Of a stretch of DNA of 64,000 bases, positions 1 to 13,553 are shown piece by piece. The stretch is from Octopus vulgaris (taxonomy: Eukaryota): positions 108,810,001 through 108,874,000 of the forward strand of contig OX597816.1 of assembly GCA_951406725.2 (NCBI GenBank), given 5' to 3'. The notes beneath the pieces are model-generated. The model made no database searches and was not told the origin of the DNA. It worked only from the letters and a program-made list of their open reading frames with translations. The position numbers and the translations under genes are program-made. The stretch's first letter is position 1. Each line of letters starts with the position of its first letter.

Positions 1-36
1 TATACACACACACACACACACACATACACACACACC

Positions 37-114
<78 letters not shown>

Positions 115-139
115 CATATATATTTATATGTTTATATAC

Positions 140-183
<44 letters not shown>

Positions 184-220
184 CATACATATATATAATG
201 TACGTATATATACATACATA

Positions 221-760
221 CATCATCATCATCATCATCATCGTTTAACGTCCGTTTTCCATGCTAGCATGGGTTGGACGGTTCAACCGGGGATCTGGGA
301 AGCCAGAAGGCTGCACCAGGCTCCGGTCTTATCTGGCAACGTTTCTACAGCTGGATGCCCTTCCTAACGCCAACCACTCCGTGAGTGTAGTGAGTGCTTT
401 TTACGTGCCACCTGCACTGGTGCCAGGCGAGGCTGGCATCGGCCACGGTCGGATTGGTGCATTTTATGGAAGCCAGTCGAGGCGGCACTGGCTTCGGCTA
501 CGATTCGGATGGTGCTTTTTACGTGCCACCAACACGGAAGCCAGTCGAGGCAGCTCTGGCATCGGCCACAATTCGGGTAGTGCTTTTTACATACCTCCAG
601 TCCCAGGGCCCTGGCATCTGCCAGGTGCTAGTCATAGGATTGGTTCAATTTCGATTTCACTTGTCCCAACAGGTCTTCGCAAGCAAAGGGGGTTGCCATA
701 GGTGCCTGTCGTCGGATGAGGTTCGATATCGACTTCACTTGCCTCAACAGGTCTTTGCCT
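221..760 (-). mobile_element. RTE-LINE 3' UTR-type element (family A) with internal ~60-67 bp units and (GAT)n tail
   Basis: Shares the GGTTGGCGTTAGGAAGGGCATCCAGC...GGACGTTAAACGATGAT block with many copies in the window. Confidence 0.8.
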
Positions 761-1290
761 TAACATACATATATATATGTATATATATATATATATATAT
801 AGTTATATCCAAACAAGAAAACACAAAAAAACACAACGCAAGGACGTGGAACAAATATAGTATTATTGGACGCTCAGGAAAGGGAAGCTCTTTGTCGGAA
901 AGATCCAGAGAAGGGAAGACAGAGGAAAAAAAATCGCCAACGGTACACACGAGGTCACATTTTGAAAGGACATGTATATATATATGTGTGTGTGTGTGTA
1001 TATATATATATGTATATATATACACACACACACACATACATACATATATATATGTCTACACATACATGTATGCATGTGTGTATACACAACTGCCATGGTG
1101 TCTACTTCATGTCAAAACATTCTGAAGTTAGGGCTGGTGTGTGTGTGCTCCCCCATCCCGCTCCTCACATTCTAAAGTTATTTATATATAAACTGATAAT
1201 TCCAAATACATTGAGTAGAAAATTACTTCTTACTTCCTGAAAGATGAGCTATCAATAGCCTCTCTGTGTATGTATGCATGAGCGTGAGTA

Positions 1291-1335
<45 letters not shown>

Positions 1336-1764
1336 AAGAAAAAGCAAGAGAAAAAAGTGAGAGACCTTGTATCTGTGATAGAGAAGAGAGAGAGAGTGGA
1401 GGAGAGAATGAGAGTGTGTGTGTCTGTGCACATACGTGTGAGTATATGGATACACACAATTAGTCTATATGTGTTTGTACATTTTCATGTATAAGTATAT
1501 TTGTGCATATGTGATAGTGTGCATATGTGAATATATGGACATACACAATCATCTCTTGTGTATGTATGTGTATGCATATGTGCATGTATGTATGTGTGTG
1601 TGTGTGTATACACGCACACACATACACACAAATGGTATACAAACACATATAAATGGAGAAAGAGAGATATAACATACACATGTATACACATTCAATTTTA
1701 TGTCAGCTAAATCATTATAGAATATATATATATATTTATAGATATATGTACATATATATATATA

Positions 1765-1798
<34 letters not shown>

Positions 1799-1877
1799 CT
1801 ACAACAAGAGAAATGTGTGTATAAATAATATATGATGAAATCTCTATAGATTTGGAAATATGAATGTGTGTGATATA

Positions 1878-2094
1878 CAAGGGGGCACTGAAAAGTTCCT
1901 GCCTTTAAGGGTATTGTGAAAGGTCTGGTTGGGGGCCCAACCTTCCAAGTTCTTTTACAGGGCTAAGAAAAACTGAAGGACTGCTGCAATAAGTGTGTGG
2001 ATCTGAGGGGTGGATATGTTGAATAAAATCATCATGAACTGGTCCTTCTGTATTTTCTTTTACCCAAAACCAGGAACTTTTCAGCGCCACCTTG
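1878..2094 (+). mobile_element. Non-autonomous mariner/Tc1 deletion derivative
   Basis: TA-flanked TIR CAAGGGGGCACTGAAAAGTTCCTG and its reverse complement at the right end. Internal remnant resembles a mariner transposase C-terminus (KLKDCCNKCVDLRG..YVE*). Confidence 0.8.
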
Positions 2095-2340
2095 CATACA
2101 CACACACACACACACTCATGTCCATATGTATATCCAGCCCTGGAATATACCTCATTGTCAGATAACATGTGGTAGCCAAATAATGACATAAGATCTCTTA
2201 AATGCACATTAAGAGGTTTTTACCCAAGTTATACTAAATATACATACACATGTGACATATTTACATATATGTATGTAAATATGTATACTATATATACATA
2301 TTTGTATACATATATGTAAATATGTATGTATGTATGTATG

Positions 2341-2375
<35 letters not shown>

Positions 2376-2379
2376 TTCT

Positions 2380-2910
2380 CATTCCCAACCACATGGTTCT
2401 AGGTTCAGTGCATGGCACCTTGGGTAAATGCCTTGGGCCGACCAAAGCTTTGTGAGTGGATTTGGACGACAGAAACTGAAAGAAGACCATCATTTATGTA
2501 TATATATAGTCAACTCTGCTGAGTGGTTGGTGTTAGGAAGGACATCCAGCTGTAAAAATCCTGCCAAAACAGTCACAGAAGTCTGGTGCAGGCTTCGGCC
2601 TGGCTGGCTCTTGTACCATCCCACCCAGGCTAGCATGGAACATGGACGTTAAATGATGATGATATATGTATATATATTTATGTGTATGTGTGTCTTTGTG
2701 TCTGTGTTTGTCCCTCCACTATCACTTGACAACTGATGTTGGTATGTTTATGTCCCATGTAGCTTGGTTTGGCAAAAGAGACTAATGCAATAAATACTAG
2801 GTTTAAAAATACAAGTCCTGGGATCAATTTCTTAAACAAAAACCCTTTAAAATGGTGCTCCAGCATGGCCACAGTCAAATGAGTGAAATGTGTAAAAGAA
2901 TAAAAGAATA
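2380..2910 (+). mobile_element. tRNA-derived SINE (family C) with nested family-A tail
   Basis: Head CCCAACCACATGGTTCT-GGTTCAGT-GGCACCTTGGG; tail GTGCTCCAGCATGGCCACAGTCAAATGA. Also near 11510, 18925, 21900, 37790, 55050 and 62540. Confidence 0.7.
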
Positions 2911-3028
2911 TAGTCACACACGCACATGTATATATACACATACATATATGTGCCTGTATACAAATCACTTTATGAGCGTTTGAATGTTTCAAAATTTTCT
3001 CTGCATATGTATGTGTTTATATAAGCAC

Positions 3029-3073
<45 letters not shown>

Positions 3074-4039
3074 GCATGCATGGGTGTTCATACATACATG
3101 TGTGTGTGTTTGTATTATCTGCAATTTCTGAGAGCATGTGTACTGCATGTTTGTATGTTTTCTACAGTTTCTTTGTATGTATATAATAAGTACACTTGTT
3201 TATGAATCAATGTGTATTTACAGACACAGAGTGCCAAAAGTTTATACAGTTCCGTTTCCGACCATGAGATCCTCGGCTGTGTGGAATGAGTAAAATTACA
3301 TGGCCAGAAACTGTGTGGAAGCTTGTTGGATACCTAATTATACATGTCTGTGGAATACTCAGCCACATCATGACTACTGACAGATCTGGTCATTCATTTG
3401 TATTTATGTATGTGTTTGTGTGTGTATGTGTGTGTATATACATATATATACACATACATGTATATATATGTGTGTGTGTATATACATATATATACATATA
3501 CACATATATATATGTGTGTGTGTGTGTGTGTACATATATATATGCATACACATACGTAGACACACACATATACACAAATATATTACAAATAGAGAAAAAC
3601 AAGCAAAACATGTGGCATTACTTTAGAACATATAATTTATAGTTTAAACATAATGCAGAATAGTTATAGTAAATACACACACACACACTGACACAAACAC
3701 AGGCACACATACACACATGATGGTGGAACCTCCTGTCAAAGACGACATATGATTGATCAGTTTTGCTGAATAATCTGCACAGTGATTTGTTTATATTAAT
3801 GATCAAATGTATGTGTTTGTACATAAGCTCACCCTCTCCATCAAATCGACATTACCTGAACAGGTGCATGGTGTACCACATGTCAGGTGTTGAATTGATC
3901 GCAGAGCAATGCGAGATGAAGTGTTTTGCTCAAGAACACAACACACCACCAGGTCCCAAAATTGAAACCATGATCTCACAATCACGAGTACAACACCTTA
4001 ACCACAAGGCCATGCATGTGCTGTCACACACACACACAC

Positions 4040-4078
<39 letters not shown>

Positions 4079-4213
4079 CTGTTAGTTAATATGTGAATAT
4101 GTATGTTTATGTGCGTGTTGATGTACGATAGTGTTTCCACGTGAATCTGTTATAGATTTGGTATGTTTGTGCATGTGTATATATAAACATGAGTATGTGG
4201 AGTGTTTGTGTAA

Positions 4214-4267
<54 letters not shown>

Positions 4268-4436
4268 ACGAGTTTGTGTGTATTATTTCAGAAGTAGATT
4301 TGTTAAACATGAAGTTTGTGATACAGTATAACAGTCTTACAATAATAAGAAAAATAACAATAATAAGAAATATTGACATCAACAACTGTAAATAATCACT
4401 TTGTTCAACTTGCCCCATTGAAAAAGCCCTTATACA

Positions 4437-4469
<33 letters not shown>

Positions 4470-4579
4470 CAAACATACAGATACATGTACACATGTAAAT
4501 ACATACTTAAATACATACATGCATATGTTATATATATTTATAGATATAAATACATGCATAAAAACATACATACATTACC

Positions 4580-4611
<32 letters not shown>

Positions 4612-5704
4612 TACATAGAGAGATACCTATATATATATATATATACATAGAGAGATACCTATATAAAAACATATTTATATAAATACATACATACCTACAT
4701 ATTACATATATATATATATATATGTATATAAATTACATACATAAATATATATACATATTTGAACACAGATATATATATATATTCATCTAGATGTACATAT
4801 ATTCATACATAGACACATACATTCATACATATATACACAAATACAAACATACATATATACATATGCACATGCATAGATACATACATACATATATACACAC
4901 ACACATACGGATATCCATTCATGCATACATACATAGATACATACACACATACATACCTTTGAGGTGGAAAGTAAACTCACAAATTAAAAAAAAAAATGAC
5001 CAGTCCAAGGTATATATATATATATGGTCAATTGCTGGACCAAAAGAAGAATGGCAGAGCAGTCTGTAAAACCTGAGGAAATACCACAACATGAGGATCA
5101 CACCCACCCACCCATAAACACACACGCACACACACACTCACACACATACACACGCACACGGACATACACCCATGTCTGTCTGCTAAATCAGAAGGCAGCA
5201 GGACTAAGCTAACCTCCTCCTCCTTTTCCTCTCATTCCACTCCACCTTCCTTCTGCTTCTGTTCTCTCCCCTTCCAACTCTTCTTCTTCTTCTATTACTC
5301 TCTAGCACCATCACCACCATCACCACCACCATTACAACCTACAACAGCAACAACAACAATAACCACCCATCAAATAACTGCTCAGACCCTGACTATGTTC
5401 AGAGAGTTTTAATCACAAACACTTTCTCTATACTGCACAAATCATTTCGTAATTTCTCTTTGTAATGTAGTATACACATTAGTCCACATTAGTTGCCCTT
5501 GTGATAATAAAAGAAACTGTCTTTCTCCTCCTCCTCCCCAACCCTCATCATTTCATTATCCTGTCATCATTAGCATTATCCTCATCAGGTTCCTTTAATT
5601 GACTAACTCCTCCTCAAAATGTTCGACCTTGTATTTAAGTTACAAACAATTCTTCTTCTTCTTCTTTCGTTGCTGCTGCTGCTACTGTTGCCACCACCAC
5701 CACC

Positions 5705-5803
5705 AGGGTCAATAAAATAAAGTAATAGTCAAGTACTGGAGGTCAATGTAATTGACTAATCCTTGCCCTAAAAGTGCCGGCCTTGTGCCAAAATTTGAAA
5801 CAA

Positions 5804-5847
<44 letters not shown>

Positions 5848-6305
5848 GCAAGGTTATGAGCTGGCAGAATCCTTAACACACTGGACAAAATGCTTAGCAG
5901 TATTTCGCCTGTTGCTCCATTCTGAGTTCAAATTCTGCTGAGGCCATCTTTACCTTTCATCCTTTTGGAGTCAATAAATTAAGTACTAGTGAAACACTGG
6001 GGGTCAATATAATTGATTAGTCCCTTCCTCCAAATTTCAGGCCTTGTGCCTTGAGTAGAAAGGATTATTATTATCATTATTATTGTTGTTGTTGTTGTTG
6101 TTATTAAGGTGGCAAGCTGGCAGAATGCTGGATGAAATACTTAGTGGTACTTCGCCCATGCTACGATCTGAGTTTAAATTCCGCTGAGGTCAACTTTGCT
6201 TTTCATCCTTTTGGGATCAACAAAATAAGTACCAGTTGAACACTGGGGTCGATGTAATCGATTCATCCACACCTCCCCCAAGCTGCCCTTGTGGCAAAGT
6301 TTGAA
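5705..6305 (+). mobile_element. Three head-to-tail tRNA-SINE (family B) copies separated by (TAT)n
   Basis: GAGCTGGCAGAAT A-box, GAGTTCAAAT B-box and GCCTTTCATCC..GGTCGATAAA..GTACCAG core (recalled as Meta/MESC-like, not verified). Confidence 0.8.
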
Positions 6306-6330
6306 ATAATAATAATAATAATGATAATAA

Positions 6331-6890
6331 ATGCCCTGACGCAGTACAAGACAGTGGCTTTCATGGCTTCTGATCTTAACTGATTGGAAGTGTTATCATG
6401 TACATTGTTTTGTCTTGCTATAAAAGATGGGCTGCAGCAAATATTCTACTCAATACCACAGATTTCCTTGTCAGTTGTTTGACCTTAACCAGCTGAGCAT
6501 GTCCCTTAGTGGTTTACGATATGTGCATCTCTGATCACAAGTAGAAGTAGTGGGGGGGGGGCATCATAGCCATGTGTTGAGAGGGATTCTTTGGGGTTTG
6601 AATAATTCACCTCTGGAAACATGGGTGTTTCATTTAACATCCTTAAACAACCCTTATTCAGGGACCTTTTGAGCAGCTAGGGCTACTTGACCAGAAGAAA
6701 ATTCTAACTGGGCCCCACCTTCAAGGTCATGCGCTGTTTATCTTGATATGAGATCACCATGTTGCGCACATATGGTTGTGATGCATGTGCCTAGTGTACC
6801 CTTATCAGGCGGGTAGTCATGATGGGTATACTGGGCTTTGTATATTTGACCCCAGTGTCACTTTGATGGCATGCGCTGCTCTCTCACTCA
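6331..6890 (+). mobile_element. ~560 bp non-coding retro-element (family D) inserted in (AAT)n
   Basis: Near-identical copies at 35330-35886, 25866-26235 (internally deleted) and 34878-35095 (inverted, truncated), all bordered by AAT repeats. Confidence 0.8.
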
Positions 6891-6920
6891 ATAATAATAA
6901 CAATAATAATAATAATAACA

Positions 6921-6954
<34 letters not shown>

Positions 6955-6955
<1 letters not shown>

Positions 6956-7395
6956 GCACTGGTATGGTCATGTGATGCATATGGACGAGGACAGCTGTGT
7001 TAAGAAGTGTTGATCTCTAACTGTAGAGGGAACCTGTGGAAGGGGTAGATCCAGGAAGTCATGGTACAAGGTGGTGAAGCATGATCTTTGAATGTTGGAC
7101 CTCATGAAGGCAATGATAAATGACCAAGCTCTCTGGTGTTGTGCTGTGCTTGAGAAGACCTATCAAGCCACTTGAAGTCGTAGTCATGGCCAATGCTGGT
7201 GTCACCTAACTGCCACTCATTACACCCATTACACTCTCATAGTGGTTGGCATTAGGAAGGGCATCCAGCTGTAGAAACCATACCAAATCAGATTGGAACC
7301 TGGTGTAGTCCTACAGCTCACCAGTTTCAGTCATACTAATGCATGCCAGCATGTAAAACAGACACTAAATGATGCTAATGATCATGATGATTATG
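6955..7395 (+). mobile_element. RTE LINE 3' end (ORF C-terminus plus 3' UTR)
   Basis: Translates WYGHVMHMDEDSCVKKC*SLTVEGTCGRGRSRKSW (RTE WxGHVxR...GRPxxxW motif) and runs directly into the family-A tail. Confidence 0.8.
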
Positions 7396-7739
7396 ATTAC
7401 CAAGAATGGTAGTGGATTAACAAAACCTTTAGAGTAGGAGAAAAAAATGCCTTGTGGTGTTTGCTCTTGCTCTATATTCTGAGTTCAAATTTCACTGAAG
7501 CCAACTTTGCCTTTCATCCTTCCAATGTAGTGGTGGTGGGGTGGCAATAAAATAAAGTACTAGTCAAGTATCAGGGACAATGGTATTAGCTAACTCCACT
7601 TCCCTTGAAATTGCTGGCCTTATGCCTAAATTAGAAACCATTATGGTGATCTGGCAGAATTGTTAGCATGCCAGGCAAAACGCTTTGTGCTATTTCATCT
7701 GTCTCACACATCTCACACAGAAGATCTCCATATTCTCTT

Positions 7740-8640
7740 ACTTGCATTATTACTTTTTTTGTTAAAAGTCTTTTAAGATTTGATGGTTGTCTTCAGCTGC
7801 TAATAATTTATGACTTCTTAATTATTTTTCTAAGATTTGATGATTGACATATAATTGGAAGGTATCATTTGACCAAATGCATGATGTTATGGTTTTTAGG
7901 ATTATGGGTTACTACAAATGGACTATTTCTGTTTTTGTCTTCCTTCTCATTGTGAGGACTTCTCTGTAAGTCAGATTAGGATTTCTCTGCTTTGATTATG
8001 CTATGATTTATTAAATTTTTCAGGTATATTTGTTTCTGGAGGAATATTTTTAGTTCAACCAGTCATCTTTTACACAAAGTTGAGTCTGTAGCTATTGTAC
8101 ATATTCTTCTTACCATATTTGATGGGATATTTCTTTTAAAATGGGGTGGATGGCAAGATGTGAAATTTAAGTTTTGGTGGGTGTCTGTGTCCTTGTAGTT
8201 GAAATTGGTTGCGATAATCTCATTTTCCTCAACTGCGAAAAAGGTTGAAAAAACACGATCTCTTTTATTCATTTCTAATGCAAACTGGATCGATTCAAAA
8301 GGGCTACTTATAAATTTAAAGAATCTTGCAAGGTCTTCTTTACTTCAGATCCAAAATGTGAAGTATTCATTCAGGAGTATTTTACAGTTGTCTCTTAAGT
8401 ATGATTGGGAATGTTGATCAAAAGTATTCCTAGATCGGAATAGACTTTTTTCTTCTACAAATTCCATCACTATTGTTGCAAACATGGGTGCTACTTTTGT
8501 ACCCATGGCCATCATTTTATTTGAAGGTGATATTGGCTATCAAAGAAGTTGTTATTTTCTAGTACCAATCTTTCTGGAGTCTCTTTATTTATCCAGAATT
8601 CCTTCTGATTCTTACAAGTTTCTAGACTGGAGGACATTAG
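7740..8640 (-). mobile_element. Penelope-like element reverse transcriptase relic
   Basis: Motifs MGTKVAPMFATIVMEFVEEK and YKDTDTHQNLNFTSCHPPHFKRNIP..RRICTI are characteristic of PLE RT; interrupted by stops and frameshifts. Confidence 0.8.
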
Positions 8641-9919
8641 ATAATTCACACATCCTCAGTGCTGGTCTTTACTATTATATGAAGTATAAGTATATTGAGT
8701 TCTAATAACAAATTATTGGTACCACTATGGCTAAGCTGAATCATATATATATAAATATTATATTATGTTATTATTATATATTATGTCATATATATATTAT
8801 ATTAGGTCTTGTCTGCCATCTTATCACCACTATTTTTATTGCTTTTCAGTGTTCCACATGATCAATCTCACCCTCCCTTCAAAAATGTGCATAGTAATGT
8901 AGCTCTTCTACAGCAGGAACTCTGTTCTGCTCCAGTTCTTTTCTTTCATACCGAGTCCTTTTCTCTCTTTACTGCTCATCTTCTAGCATAAAGTTGCCCC
9001 CTCTCCCTGGATTTGTATCCTTGCAAGCTTCATAAGTAACCTCACTAGTGCTGGTGGGAGGGAGAAATCCCCTAGTACATTTTATAAGATGGATGATGTT
9101 AGGAAGGCAGTTTGGCCATAGAAACCATGCTGAAGCAAACACTGGAACATAACACAATTCTTGAACCCATTTGATCCTGTGAAACCATTCTAACCAATGC
9201 TAGAACAGAACATGGACATTAAATGATGATTATGACGATGATAATAATGATGGTGATGATGATGATGACGACTAGGAGGACGATGATGATATATGTATAC
9301 ATATATAAGACTTCATTTTATATTGTATTTTGTCTTTTGCACTATGATTTACCATTTTATAGTTCTAAAAGCTTTGTGTTTGTTGAACCCTTAAGGCATG
9401 GTGGCCAATCATTTGAATCATTAGATTGTTGAAGGTTTTGAATATGCCTTAATGGTCTGAATATGTTGCAAACATATTTGAACTCGTAACAAGTTTATAT
9501 TTATAAATAAATCACTGCTTAACCTTTCTAAACTGTATGTTTTTCTTTTTTTTGAAAGGTTCCCTTCATCTAATACTCCTGCGGCAAAAAGCAAAAATCA
9601 TCATCACCATCTTCATCATCATCATCATGATCTTTATTGTGCCTTCATAACAAACGATAGATTGTTGGTGTTTGTGTGTTTTGTAAAGCAATATAACAAT
9701 ATACAAAAAAATAAAAAAAAGTAAACAGAACAGATGTAAAATATATACAGACTGCAACTAGAAAAAATATTAAAAATAGAACTTTTGTAGGGCTGGGATT
9801 GAAATGGGTTAAGGTACACAATAGTTAGGGTAAGGTTAGGGTACTTGTCTGTGTTTACTGTATGGGTATATGTGTATGTATATGTATAAAAAAAATAAAG
9901 GAGGAAACAGAGATTTCTT

Positions 9920-9975
9920 TAGTTAGCTGTAGTAGTAGTAATGGTAGTAGTAGCATCAGCAGCAGTTAGTTGTAT

Positions 9976-10008
<33 letters not shown>

Positions 10009-10061
10009 AGGTGGTGGTGGCAGTAGCAGTAGTAGTAGTAGTAGTAGTAGTGGTGGAGGTG

Positions 10062-10124
<63 letters not shown>

Positions 10125-10125
10125 T
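9920..10125. repeat. Compound (AGT)n/(GGT)n microsatellite
   Basis: Directly visible; explains the poly-S/G/T/L ORFs. Confidence 0.95.
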
Positions 10126-10519
10126 TCTGTGTTTGGGTGGTGGCATGGGTGAAGAATATTTGGTATGATTGAAAGTTACTTCCTCTTCCTTGAAATGAAA
10201 TCGCAGACAATGTCAGTATCCTGTATGTGTGTATGTATGAATGTGTATTGTGTGTGTGTGTGTGTGTGCGTGTGTGCGTGTGTGTGTGTGTGTGTGTGTG
10301 ATTGCATAAGTGCATGGAGGGATGGAGTTGAGTGTATCACGTGCATGGGGATATGTTTGTGTTTGTAGGTGTGAGTGTGGAAATATTTGTGTGAATGTGA
10401 AATTGAGGAAGAAAAAAAAAACAAATTCTCAAGTTAAATTTATAAAACAAATTGTCATAACATAACCCCTTCCCCACTATTATACAAAGTCCCTCTGAAG
10501 GGGTTTTGGGGTTGGTGTA

Positions 10520-11252
10520 TAGCAGGAGGAGTGGAAAGAAGAGTGAGAGAGAAGTGAAGGGGGGAAAATAAAAGTGAGAGAGAATAAAGGTGGAGGGAAA
10601 GAGGGAGTAAGGGAAATAGAAAAGGGGAAATAAAAGAGAAAGAAAGGGAGACAGTAAAAGAGAATGGAAAGTGAAATAATGAGAAGGGATGGGGATGGAG
10701 AAAGGTGGAGAAAAGGAGAAAGAGAAAGGGGAGGAAAGAAGAGGGGAGAAGGAGGAGATGAGAATAGAAGAAGGAAAGGAAGGGAAGCAGAACAATATGG
10801 AAAATGGATAGGGAGTTAGGGAGGAAAGTTGAAGAGGGCAAGGGTGATGGAATGTATAAAAGCAGGGTTGCTGGGGGATGGAGAAGTAGAAGGGAATATA
10901 GGTAGAAGGGAGGTGAGAAGAAAAAAAGTGAAGGAAAGTGGATGAAAGAAGAAGGAGGGGGCAAAGAAAAGAATGAAAAAGGAAGAGAGAGAGAGAGGGA
11001 GAAAGAGAAAGAGAGAGAGAGTGACATTGGTCAAAGATGTAGAGAGAGGAAGAGGAGACGGAAAGAATAAGACGGAAAGTAAGGCTAAGAGTTGTGGAGA
11101 GAGAGGAAAAGGGAGAGAGAGAGGCCTGAATGAAAGGGAAGAAAGTAAAGAGAGATGAGCAAAACAAGAGAAGAAAACTGAAGCAGCAAATAATGAGAAG
11201 GGAGATGGAGGGGTAGATAGAGACAAAGTGAAATGAAGATTGGAACAGAGAG

Positions 11253-11284
<32 letters not shown>

Positions 11285-11350
11285 CATCATCATAGATAGA
11301 TAGAGAGATAGAGAGAGAAAGAGAGAGAAAGAGAGAAGAAAGATTAAGAG
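10520..11350 (+). repeat. Long polypurine (GA-rich) low-complexity tract
   Basis: About 800 bp strongly A/G-biased on the plus strand; explains the 318 aa S/F/L/P ORF. Confidence 0.9.
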
Positions 11351-11877
11351 AAATGAAGCAAAACATTGGGTATGATTATAATCTGGGGAAATCGTAAGAC
11401 ATGATGATTAAACAGAACCAGCTGTAGCTGAAATAACATGTGAAGGCTACATTTCACACACACACACACACACACATACACTAACACTAACACTAACACA
11501 CATGTATAGGTGTAGGCATGGCTGTATGGTAAAACGCTTGCTTCTCAATCACATGGCTTGGAGTTCAGTCCCAACACATGGCACCTTCAGCAAGTATGTG
11601 TCTTCTACAATAGGTCTGGGCTGACCGAAGCCACATGAATGGATTCCATAGATGGAAACTGAAAGAAGCCCATATTCATATGTATATATGTACATCTGTG
11701 TGTATGACTGTGTTTGTGTTTGCCTCCTCACTCCACTATTTGACAATTGGTGTTGGTTTGTTTATGTCCCTGTAATGTAGCACTTCAGCAAAAGTCATTG
11801 ATATAACAATCTTTAGATCTGGGAGTCTGTTAGTGCATGTATACATGTGTTTGTATGTGCATGAATGTATGTGTGTG

Positions 11878-11954
<77 letters not shown>

Positions 11955-12149
11955 GTCTGTCTGTCTGTCTATCTATATATAGTGAGAATTTACAAAAAAA
12001 ACAAAAGATGAAGACTGATGTGTAAACAACAAACAGATGTACTAGTTTAACGCTCAGGAAGTGAGAAAGTCTTTTACATTTCGAGCTGGCGCACTTTGAC
12101 AGAAAGGAACACAGAAATAAACAGGGAGAGTATATATATATATATATAC

Positions 12150-12380
12150 CGATTGTGACGATGCTGGACCCTCCAGCCCCTGTGCAGGTGGCACGTAAAA
12201 AGCACCCAATCCACTCACGGAGTGGTTGGCGTTAGGAAGGGCATCCAGCCGTAGAAACTCTGCCAGATTCAGACTGGAGCCTGGAGCGGCCCCTGGCTTC
12301 CCAGACCCGGTCAAACCGTCCAACCCGTGCTAGCGCGGAAAGCGGACGTTAAACGATGATGATGATGATAATGATGATGA
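12150..12380 (+). mobile_element. Family A (RTE 3' UTR-type) copy
   Basis: Conserved body and (GAT)n tail, inserted in (TA)n. Confidence 0.85.
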
Positions 12381-12399
12381 TATATATATATATATATCG

Positions 12400-12574
12400 C
12401 TTTATCGTGTGTCCAATAATTTATTTGGTTTCTTCTTGACCACTTCTTCCCCTCTGTCCGTGTTTATGCCTCTGATGACTAATGAGGCTGATTCTTGCAT
12501 GGAAGTGTCTGTTGCAAAGTTCACAAGGGATCCGTGGTGAAGGCTTTGGTTGTTGCAGCCTCCATTTTCTTTCT

Positions 12575-12619
<45 letters not shown>

Positions 12620-12800
12620 GGCTATAAACATCAGTAGCATTGTCCTGTATAGGATGCCACACTTAGTTGGCAAATATATGTTACGGGTCCACCCCACCCC
12701 TACTGCTACTGTTTATATCTCATGGTTTATCTTCAGGTGGGCCACACTACTAGAATAATCCAAGGAAATTTTCCATTTGTGTGCCATTCAGAAAGTCCTG
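12400..12800 (-). mobile_element. RTE-type LINE 3' relic with C2H2-like motif
   Basis: Minus frame PCELCNRHFHARISLISHQRHKH, typical of the RTE C-terminal zinc finger; split by a (TA)n run. Confidence 0.65.
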
Positions 12801-13232
12801 CAGGCTGCAGTTTGCCTATAGCTGTTCAATGTGATGGTTCTGCTTGATGGAAATAACAGCCAAATCCCCTTCAGCTCACACCCTACTGTGTTAAAAGAGG
12901 TTGAGTTGAAGATTATTGCCTGGGTTTCTTGCAAGTAAGAAAAAAATAAAAAGACAGGATGGCCATGGTTGGAATACATTTCATCTAAGTTATGTATAAT
13001 AAATGTTGACTGCAGGCCAGCGATTTTAGGGAGTGGGGTAAGTCGATTACATTGATTCCAGTGTTTAACTGATACTTATTTTTTAAATTCCAAAAGGATG
13101 AAAGGCAAAGTCAATCCTGGTGGAATTTGAACTCAGGACAGATGAAACAATGCTAAGCATTTTGCCTGGTGTGCCAATGGCTCTATCAGCTCTCTGCCTT
13201 TACTGCAGGATAAATAGCAACAACATCAATTC

Positions 13233-13553
13233 TCGTGCCGGTGGCACGTAAAAAGCACCATCCGTTCGTGTCCGCTGCCAGCCTCGCCTGGCCCCCGTGC
13301 CGGTGGCACATAAAAAGCACCATCTGTTCGTGGCCGTTTGACAGCTCTGTCTGGCACCTGTGCGGGTGGCACGTAAAAAGCACCCGCTACACTCACGGAG
13401 TGGTTGGCGTTAGGAAGGGCATCCAGCCGTAGAAACACTGCCAGATCTGACTGGGCCTGATGAAGCCTTCTGGCTTCACAGTCCCCAGTAGAACCGTCCA
13501 ACCCATGCTAGCATGGAAAACGGACGCTAAACGACGATGATGATGATGATGAT
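13233..13553 (+). mobile_element. Family A copy with tandem GTGGCAC-TAAAAAGCACC units
   Basis: Three unit starts, then the conserved body and (GAT)n tail. Confidence 0.85.

Noticed and set aside
1-5200. Numerous 60-240 aa ORFs (YIYI, HTHT, CVCV)
   Set aside because: Translations of dinucleotide microsatellites and TE sequence.
10337-11293. 318 aa hydrophobic ORF
   Set aside because: Reverse complement of a polypurine tract, which is depleted of stop codons by composition.
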